The translations under genes and the position numbers were made by a program. A stretch of 64,000 nucleotides of DNA from contig CAVVHE010000005.1 of assembly GCA_963748015.1 (NCBI GenBank), positions 576,001 through 640,000 on the forward strand, in the 5' to 3' direction. This stretch comes from Terriglobia bacterium (GTDB lineage: Bacteria; Acidobacteriota; Polarisedimenticolia; Polarisedimenticolales; JAIQFR01). This document shows, piece by piece, positions 9,400 to 17,302 of this stretch (the stretch's first letter is position 1; the number at the start of each line of letters is the position of its first letter). The notes under the pieces were generated by a model that worked only from the letters and a program-made list of their open reading frames with translations, was not told the origin of the DNA and searched no databases.

Positions 9400-9743
9400 A
9401 CGCCGAAGCGCCGAAGCCCCTGGCCGCCGATCTCGGCAAGATGATCCAGTTCGCCGATCGCGGGATCGTGAGCAAGACGGTCCACGACTCCCCCGCCCTC
9501 AAGCTGGTCCTCTTCTGCTTCGAGCCGGGGCAGATGCTCAGCGAGCACTCCGCCCCCTTCGAGGCGGTGATCCACGTCCTCGAGGGGAACGCCGAGGTCA
9601 AGCTCGGCGGCGAGGTCCACGACGCCCGGCCCGGCGCGCTCTACGTGATGCCCGCCGGACTGCCGCACGCGATCCGCGCGAAGGAGAGGTTCGTCTTCCT
9701 CCTCACGATGACCCGCGGCCGCCCGAACGTCACCGGCCCCTGA
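9396..9743 (+). CDS. Cupin domain protein
   Basis: FEPGQMLSEHSAP...VLEG...MPAGLPHAI; ATGA overlap with norZ stop. Confidence 0.88.
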   Translation: MNAEAPKPLAADLGKMIQFADRGIVSKTVHDSPALKLVLFCFEPGQMLSEHSAPFEAVIHVLEGNAEVKLGGEVHDARPGALYVMPAGLPHAIRAKERFVFLLTMTRGRPNVTGP

Positions 9744-9772
9744 CTTCTTCCCGACGCTCCTGCCGCGCGACG

Positions 9773-9940
9773 CCGGCGGGAGCACGGCTCCGGACCCTCT
9801 CCGCGGCGGCACGCTTCGGCGTTGCGCGGCGAACGTCGCCGCGCCGCCTCGCTCCGCTCTTCGCTCGGCCGTCCGAGGAAGAGACGGCCTCGCGAAGAGA
9901 GGGCCGCCGCGGAGAGGGTCCGGAGCCGTGCTCCCGCCGG
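9773..9940. repeat. Structured intergenic element, copy 1
   Basis: Perfect 38-bp inverted arms (9773-9810 / 9903-9940) enclosing two hairpins; core homologous to 14795-15039 and 54735-54889. Confidence 0.85.
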
Positions 9941-10000
9941 AGGTTGGCCCAGCGGTCACCCGCGCACGAAGGCCAATTCCCCTGATCCTGCACGGCCGAT

Positions 10001-10088
10001 GGGCGGGCGAGGCACGGGGCCGGATGTGCCCGTAGCGGCCCTTTTCCGGGCCGCCGAGGACACATCCGGCCCCGTGCCTCGTCCGCCC
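10001..10088. repeat. Long imperfect hairpin (about 31-bp arms plus an inner 7-bp stem)
   Basis: gggcgggcgaggcacggggccggatgtgccc pairs with ggacacatccggccccgtgcctcgtccgccc (2 non-Watson-Crick positions); inner gcggccc-ttttcc-gggccgc. Confidence 0.8.
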
Positions 10089-10167
10089 GGTGACCGGTCG
10101 TCGCGGGTCGGGGCTCGTGCGTATCATGAGCGCACCGCCCTAGGGGCGGCGGCGGGAGGATCCGGCC

Positions 10168-13100
10168 ATGCAGAATCGCAGAAGCCTCGTGGCGTGTCTG
10201 GCTTTGCTCGCGGCGATCTCGGTGGCGGCCGCCGCGGAGATCCCGGTCACGGGCCGCGTGCTCGGCCCCTCGGGGAGCCCGCTTCCCGACGCGCAGGTGC
10301 TCCTGCTGCCGGTCCTGGATCCGGTCGCCGCGGCGAAGCTCGACCGCGAGGGGCGGCCGCAGGAGCCGGCGGCGAAGGCGGTGACCACCACCCAGGGGGA
10401 GTTCCGTCTCGAGGCCCCCCGGGCGGGCGTGTACCGCGTGCGCGTCGAGTCTCCCGGCTTCACGCCGCGCCAGAGATTGCTCGTGCCGCTGCTCGAGGCG
10501 GTGGACCTGCCCGAGGTCAAGCTGCTGCGCGACGCAGGGCTCACGCTTCGGGTGACGGATCGCGCGGGAGCGCCGGTCGAGGGCGCGGCGGCGCATGCCG
10601 CCGAGTCCGCTCCCCGGGGTCCCGCGGAGGAGCGCTGGGGCTTCCCGCCGGCGACCGTCTACACCGGAAAGGACGGGACGGCGCGGCTGCCCCAACCGGA
10701 CGCGGAGCGGGTGGTCCTGACCGTGTCGGCTCCCGGCTACCTCCTCGTCGAGCGGCGCGGCGGGCGCGGCGACTCCCTCACCGTCAAGCTCGAGAAGGGG
10801 CTGCAGGTCGCGGTAGACCTGCGCGCGGCGGACGGCACCCCCGCGGCGGGCGTCCTCGCCACGACGGGAGAGACGGTCCACCCCCTCGACGCGACCGACG
10901 CCAAGGGACGCGTCGTGCTCGCCCTTCCATCCCGCGGCGATCTCGCGGTGACCTTCTTCGCCGCGGACGGCCGCCGCCTCGAGGAGCGGCTCTCCCCGCC
11001 GCCGAAGGACCGCCCGGCCCCGATCCGTCTCGTTCTCCCGGACCGTCTCGCCGTGTCCGGACGCGTGATCGATCTCGAAACACGGCGCCCGGTCGCGGAG
11101 GCTCTCGTCTGGAGCTCCAACCGTCCGTGGGAGGCCTCGGTCACCGGCGACGCCGGCGGCTACTCCCTGGGCGTCCTCCCCGGGGAGGGAGGCGTTCTCT
11201 CCGGCGGCGCGCAGGGATACCTCCAGAGCGAGCCCCGACCGCTGACCGTGCCAACGAGCGGCCGTCCCGGGCCGACGCTGGCGCTCGAGCCCGCCGCCGC
11301 GGTCGAAGGCGTGGTCGTGGACGGCGACGGCCAGCCGGTCGCGGGGGCGGGCGTCGACCTCGCTCGGCGCATGGAAGGCGGGATGTACCAGATCTTCATC
11401 GGCGGACGCTCGACGGCCCCGCACGCCGTGACCTCGAGCCGCGGCCGGTTCCGGCTGAGCCCCGTGGACGCGACACCGCGCTACGACCTCAAGGTCAACG
11501 CGAAGGGCTTCGCCACCACGACGCGCGAGCTCGCTCCACTCGAGCGGCGGCGCACGCTGGGCGATCTGAGAGTCGAGCTGCAGCGCGGTCGCAAGGCGAC
11601 GGGCCGCGCCGTGGACGGAGACGGCCGTCCGGTCGAGGGCGCGACCGCCGCCCTCCGCGCGTCGCAGCGCGGGCGCTCGGCGGAGATCGTCCTGAACCGG
11701 GCGACGGGCGGCCCCGCTGCCGAGGAGCGGTCCGCCGTCAGCGACGAGGGCGGGCGCTTCGAGATCGCCGCTCTCGCCTCCGGCACCTACGATCTCGAGA
11801 TCCGCCGCAAGGGGTTCGCGCGGAAGACGGTCGAAGGCGTCGAGATCGCCGAAGCCGCGGAGCCGACGGACCTCGGCGACGTCGTCCTCTCCCCCGGCGA
11901 GCGGGTCCAGGGACGGACCGCGGATCCCGCCGGCAAGCCCATCGGCGGGGTCGAGGTCGCGATCGTCAAGGACCAGAGCGGGCCGGTGGGTTTCGGCCGC
12001 GGAGTTCCGTCCCGGCCCGAGACGGTCTCGGCACCGGACGGCTGGTTCTCGATCGAGGATCTGCCGCGCGGCGAGCCCCTCAACCTCGCGTTCAGCCGGA
12101 CCGGCTTCCTGGGGAAGCGCGAGACCGGCGTCGAGGTTCCCGGCCGGGATCCGCTCGAGATCGTGCTCCACCCGTCCTCGAAGGTCTCCGGCACCGTCGT
12201 CGGGCCGGACGGGAAGCCGATCCCGCTCGCGCAGGTGACGCTCACCGCAGCAGCGAGGAGGCGGCGTGGGAGGCCAGCGGATCCTGATGGTCATGCGGCG
12301 CCCCGGGACCGCCGACTCCGCGGGGAGGTTCCTGTTCGAGGACGTCGAGCCCGGCAAGATCTCGCTCGGCGCGAGCGCTACAGGCTGGCAGGAGGCCAAG
12401 CTCGACGATCTCGAGGTCGTCGAGGGAGCGGACCTCACGGGGGTCGAGCTCCCGCTGAAACAGGGGGCCGTCGTGGAGGGACGGGTCGTCGCGCCGGACG
12501 GCCGGCCCGCTGTCGGAGCGGAGGTGTCGAAGGTCCAGGAGCAGTCGCAGATGGTCCGGTTCCGTGGGACGGGAACCGACGGCGACGGCTACTACCGGAT
12601 CGAGGGGCTGGCCCCGGGGAAGGTCTCCATCGAGGCGACCCACGAGAATTGGGCGCGCGTCGTGAAGGACCTCGAAGCGAAGCCCGGGGTGAACACGGTC
12701 GACCTCCAGTTCCAGGGAGGGCAGGACGTGTCGGGACGCGTCATGGACGCGGCCGGCGCTCCGGTCGCCGGGGCGTCGGTGCAGCTCGCCACGCCGGGCC
12801 GGTACTTCGGCGGCTCCGACGCGGCCACCGGCGCAGACGGGGGGTTCCGTTTCGAGGGGGTCGGGGACGGCGACTACGAGGTCCTCGCGGCGAAGCGAGG
12901 CTATGCCGCTCCCGACGACCGAACGAAGGTCCACGTCGCCGGCGCGCCGGTCACCGGCCTAGCCGTGAAGCTCGATTTGGGCGTGGTGGTGACCGGTACC
13001 GTCTCGGGGCTCGACCCCGAGAAGCTCTCGAAGGTCGAGGTCCGGGCGGAGAAGGCGAGCGGCGGCTGGCCGCAATCTTCCTCCGCCGTGGACCGGCAGG

Positions 13101-14284
13101 GGCGCTACCGCCTCGAGGACCTCGCGCCGGGCGAGTGGCGCCTGGTCGCTTACCACGTTCCAAGCGGCCAGCAGGCGCGTGGCGACCTGACGATCGCGCC
13201 CGGAGCCACCGAGGCGACGCTCGATCTTCGCTTCGGGGGCGGCATCACGCTCACCGGCCGCGCGGTCCAGGGGGACACGCCGGTTCGCGGCGCCGATCTC
13301 GCGCTCGTGGGAACCGACATCGAATCCTCGGGGCGCGGCCGCACCGACTCCGACGGCCGCTTCTCGGTCGGCGGTCTCGACCCCGGCTCCTACCAGCTCG
13401 AGCTGAACCAGTGGGAGACCGGCCTGTTCCACGAGGAGAAGCTCGATGTCCGCGGCCCTCGCGACGTGCTCGTGCGCGTGCCCACCGCGCGCATCTCCGG
13501 ACGCGTCGTGGACGCCGCGGACCGGCGGCCGGTGTCCGGCGTGCGTGTCACCGTCTCCTCGCAGGATCCCGACGCTGCGCGCAACGCGGCTTTCCGCCTC
13601 GACCGGTCGTCGTCCACCGACCTCGAAGGACGCTTCTCGATCGCGAACGTCGCGGACGGAACGTGGCGTGTCTCGGCAACCGCGGAGAGTTACGCCGCGA
13701 AGACCACCGACGTGACCGTGAGGAGCGGCCGCGACGTGGACAACGTGAGCCTCGCGCTCGACGCGACGGAAGGGCTGACGCTGATGGTGACTCTGGCGTC
13801 GGGTCAGCCGCCGGCCGAGGCGTTCGTCGCGGTGCTGGACGCCGGGGGACGGTCGGTCCTCGGCGGAGGATACGCGACCGGCGAGAACGGCCGCCTGCGC
13901 CTCTCGACGGTGCCCCCGGGCTCGTGGGATCTCCTCGTCGGCGCGGGCGGGAGCGCGACCCTGTCCATGCGGGCGTCGGCTCCCGGCGGGCCCATCCCGG
14001 TACAGCTCTCGCCGGCGTGCGTGCTCGACGTGCGGGTACCCGCGCTCGAGGGGTCTTCCGCGGTCGCGACCGCGACGGTCACGGGGGCCGACGGCCGCCC
14101 CTTCCGGACGCTCAGCCGGTACAGCGAACCGCGGACCCAGCTGCGGCTCGACGCGGGGCGCCTGCGCGTCGACGACCTACCGCCGGGGAGCTGGGCCGTC
14201 TCCGTGTCGGCGTCGGATGGCAAGACCTGGGGCGGCACCGCGCAGACGGCGCCGGGCGCTCCGGCCACGCTGACGCTGGAGTGA
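10168..14284 (+). CDS. Large secreted carboxypeptidase-regulatory-like / Cna-B repeat protein (frameshift near 12245-12265)
   Basis: Signal peptide; many repeats of GRVVDxxGxPVxGA...TDxxGRF...GxY; protein continues in the +1 frame (ORF 12266-14284). Confidence 0.8.
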
Positions 14285-14299
14285 GGGGCCGTCTCGTCG

Positions 14300-14671
14300 T
14301 CAGGCCGTGCGGACCTCGATGCGGGGGGGCGCCTCGAGGTGCTTCTTCACGGCGCAGAGCTGCGCCGAGCGGACGATCGCGTCCCGGTACTGCTCGGGGA
14401 AGCCGGGGGGAAGCTCGATCGAGAGGTCGATGCGATCGATCAGGTGGGTCGCCGGATCCACCGTCGCGCGCTGCGTGATCTTCATCCCCTCGATCGGTAT
14501 CCCGCGCTGGCGGCAGAAGCGGGAAGCATAGAAGCCGGCGCAGGTCCCTATGGATGCGAGGAAGAGCTCGAAGGGGGCGGGGGCGGAGCCGTCCTGGTTC
14601 GTGACGACCGTCAGCCCGTCGTAGCGCGCGTCCACCCGATCTCCCCCCGGAAACTCGATCGTCATCTCCAT
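14300..14671 (-). CDS. OsmC family protein
   Basis: PAPFELFLASIGTCAG and CAVKKHL, the two conserved OsmC/Ohr-type Cys. Confidence 0.88.
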   Translation of the reverse strand: MEMTIEFPGGDRVDARYDGLTVVTNQDGSAPAPFELFLASIGTCAGFYASRFCRQRGIPIEGMKITQRATVDPATHLIDRIDLSIELPPGFPEQYRDAIVRSAQLCAVKKHLEAPPRIEVRTA

Positions 14672-14794
14672 GGTCGCTCCTCCGCCGCTCGCGCGGTCAG
14701 CTTACGAGATGCGGCGATCGGCGGAAACGTCACAACAGTCCGGCGAGACCGCGGAAGATCGCGCCCGAGGAGGATGGCCAGGCCGCGTCACCGT

Positions 14795-15039
14795 CGCGTC
14801 GAAAGCTCGCGCTCGACCACGGCCCGAAGCGGCCCTGTTTTCGAGCGGCCGTTTCTTCCTTGAACGGCCGCGCGAAAACCGGAACCGAGGCTGTCAATCG
14901 GCGCTTCCATTCCTTGCAGCCGAGGTCGCCAGTCCTTGGCCCGCGGCCAAGGGCTGGCAACCAGGCGGCGCGGCGACTTTCGCCGCGCAACGCCGCAGCG
15001 TGCCGCGCGGGCCGTGGTCGAGCGCGAGCTTTCGACGCG
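14795..15039. repeat. Structured intergenic element, copy 2 (with two inserted hairpins)
   Basis: Perfect 32-bp inverted arms (14795-14826 / 15008-15039); 14963-15006 matches the reverse complement of 9806-9849 at 42/44 nt. Confidence 0.85.
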
Positions 15040-15059
15040 TGCCGATGCCACCACCCGGG

Positions 15060-15560
15060 TCAAAGCAAGCCGCGCTCGTGGCGCAACAGCCACTCCTTGC
15101 GAGCGAGCCCGCCGCCGTAGCCGGTGAGGGAGCCGTCGGCGCCGATCACGCGGTGGCACGGGATCACGAGGGGGATCGGGTTGCGCGCGTTGGCGAGTCC
15201 CACCGCCCGGACGGCGGCGGGATGGCCGGAAAGCGCCGCGAGCTCGGAGTAGGAGGCGGTCCTGCCGGCCGGGACGCGCCGCAGCGCCGCCCAGACGTCC
15301 CGCTGGAAAGGCGTTCCGCCGGGATCGGCGGGTACGCCGTCGAGGGCGCCGAGGTCGCCGGCGAAGTACGCGGCGAGTCGCGACACCGCCCCCGCCGGGT
15401 CCGCGTCTTCCTCGACCGGCTGCCCCCCGAACCGGCGGTTGAGGTCTTTCTTGAGCCCTTCGTACCGGTCCGCGAACGCCAGGCCGCACAGCGATCCGTT
15501 CGCCGCGTAGATCAGGAGCGCGCCGATGGGCGACTCCATTCTCGCGAAGCAGACCGTCAT
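15060..15560 (-). CDS. ogt: Methylated-DNA-protein-cysteine methyltransferase
   Basis: GTPFQRDVW, RAVGLANARNP, IPCHRV active site. Alternative GTG start at 15572. Confidence 0.93.
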   Translation of the reverse strand: MTVCFARMESPIGALLIYAANGSLCGLAFADRYEGLKKDLNRRFGGQPVEEDADPAGAVSRLAAYFAGDLGALDGVPADPGGTPFQRDVWAALRRVPAGRTASYSELAALSGHPAAVRAVGLANARNPIPLVIPCHRVIGADGSLTGYGGGLARKEWLLRHERGLL

Positions 15561-15585
15561 GCCGCGCGTCACCCCCGGGAAGCGG

Positions 15586-16542
15586 CTACTTCAGCGCCTT
15601 GAGCTCGACCGAGCCCGCGGAGGTACGGATCCGGAGCGCCTCGCCGCCCTTTCCGATGGTTCCGCGGACACTCGAGCTGCCGATCGTACCGATCACCTGG
15701 AGCGGGAAATCGGTCGAGATGCGGCCGGCCGAAGTGGACGCCTCCACGGCGAGGTTCACCGACGGGTCGAGCGTCACCGTGACCGAGCCCGCCGACGTCT
15801 CGAGATCGCCCCCCTTCGAGTTCCCGCGAGCGAAGGACGCCTCGATGGAGCCGCCCGACGTCTTGGCCATCACGCGCCCTCCCGCATTCACGGCCCGGAC
15901 CGAGCCGCCGGAGGTGCGGAGCACGGCGTCGCCCGTGACGTCCGCGACCTCGACGTGCCCCCCGCTCGTGTGCGCCTCCAGCGGACCGGCGATCGAGGAG
16001 GCTTCGATGCTGCCCCCGGAAGTCTCGACGCTCACGTTTCCCTTGATGTCCCGGAGCCGGATGCTACCGCCCGAGGTGTGGGCCTTCAGGTTGCCCGCCA
16101 GGAAGCCCACCGAGATCGAGCCTCCGGACGTGCGCACGTCCGCCATCCCCTCGAGCCCCGAGGCCTCGATGGACCCGCCCGCCGTGTGGAAGGACACGCT
16201 CGTGGCCTTCGGCGCGCGGATCTCGAAGTGGATCGGGATGCCGCGATGCCAGCTGGAGTCGATCTTCTTCCCGCTGATGCGGACCTCTCCCGGCCCCGCC
16301 TGGAACTCGAACTTGTATCGCTGCTCCATCTCGTCCGACGTCGAGGTGACCACGACGCGGACGCCGGGCTCGGAGCTTCCCGTGATCGTGATGCTGCCGG
16401 CGTCGGTGTCCACCGCCAGTTTCCCGCCCGGGGCGAGATCGAGGGTCTTCTCGATCTTGCTTCCCGCCGCCGCGGGAAGGGCGAGCGCCAGTACCAGAAC
16501 CGACAGTCCGAGCAGCCGCATCGCCTGGCGATGTTGCGCCAT
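15586..16542 (-). CDS. DUF4097-like beta-strand repeat secreted protein
   Basis: Signal peptide; ~19-aa repeats containing T(S/A)GG(S/H)(I/V); GGAGG ribosome binding site. Confidence 0.85.
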   Translation of the reverse strand: MAQHRQAMRLLGLSVLVLALALPAAAGSKIEKTLDLAPGGKLAVDTDAGSITITGSSEPGVRVVVTSTSDEMEQRYKFEFQAGPGEVRISGKKIDSSWHRGIPIHFEIRAPKATSVSFHTAGGSIEASGLEGMADVRTSGGSISVGFLAGNLKAHTSGGSIRLRDIKGNVSVETSGGSIEASSIAGPLEAHTSGGHVEVADVTGDAVLRTSGGSVRAVNAGGRVMAKTSGGSIEASFARGNSKGGDLETSAGSVTVTLDPSVNLAVEASTSAGRISTDFPLQVIGTIGSSSVRGTIGKGGEALRIRTSAGSVELKALK

Positions 16543-16556
16543 GATCTCCTCCCTTT

Positions 16557-16716
16557 AGTGTCCAGTCTGGAGTACGTTGCATGACTCGCCGAGCTATGGG
16601 CGGTCCTGGCGAGAAGGGCCGACGAAGGCATACCCAGCGTATTCCGAGGAGGCCCGACGAAGCCAGGGCCGGCCAGAGCCGGCGAGATATGCGACGTACT
16701 CCAGACTCGGGACACT
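16557..16716. repeat. ~160-nt imperfect hairpin, MITE/REP-like element
   Basis: Terminal arms AGTGTCC-AGTCTGGAGTACGTTGCAT / ATGCGACGTACTCCAGACT-CG-GGACACT; pairing continues inward with purine-rich internal loops. Confidence 0.75.
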
Positions 16717-16785
16717 TGATTACCGAAGGATTGTACGCGCGGGACCCCCCGACGGTTCCCTCGGGTCGCGAGGACGGGCGAGGAC

Positions 16786-17229
16786 TCAGCGGGGAGTCTG
16801 CTCGACGAGGCTCCAGCTCTCGACGCTGACGATCCCGCCGCGGGATCCTCCGGTGTAGCGGACATGGAGGGTACGGCCTTTCTCCACGCCGGCGCGGTTG
16901 TCGGCGCGGAGCGGGATGCGGACCGAGTCCCCGTCGATGGAGATCACCGCGGCGCCGACGGCCCGCTCTTCCGGCCGGAACCCCGCCGTCGAGGCGTTCA
17001 CGTCGAGCACTTGGAACTCGCCCTCCTTGGTGGCGAGGGCGAGGTCGGGCCGGAACATCATCACGAGGAGCCCGGCCACCATGACGACGAGGGCCGCGAT
17101 GAGGAGCGCCCCCCCGACCCACCTCCCGGCCTTGCGCCAGAGACTGTCCTTCCCGTGACGCGCATCCTTCGGATACTTGACCAGCGAGGTCAGCATCCCC
17201 CGTTTCCTGCGGTGCTTCGATTGCTTCAT
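16786..17229 (-). CDS. Hypothetical single-pass membrane protein
   Basis: Basic N-terminus, one hydrophobic helix, small beta-rich C-terminal domain. Confidence 0.6.
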   Translation of the reverse strand: MKQSKHRRKRGMLTSLVKYPKDARHGKDSLWRKAGRWVGGALLIAALVVMVAGLLVMMFRPDLALATKEGEFQVLDVNASTAGFRPEERAVGAAVISIDGDSVRIPLRADNRAGVEKGRTLHVRYTGGSRGGIVSVESWSLVEQTPR

Positions 17230-17302
17230 CGATGCGCTCCGGCGGGCCGGGCGTCTCCCGCCCGGCCCGCCGGGGAATATAGCCCCAAACCCGCGTCGCG
17301 GA

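Noticed and set aside
9773..9940. Hammerhead ribozyme or tRNA identity for the three-way-junction element
   Set aside because: No CUGANGA/GAAA core on either strand and no cloverleaf with a TTC loop.
12245..14478. Arg-rich C-terminus of the 1436-aa ORF as a real domain, or programmed frameshifting
   Set aside because: The repeat protein clearly continues in the +1 frame, no slippery heptamer is evident, and similar indels recur across the window.
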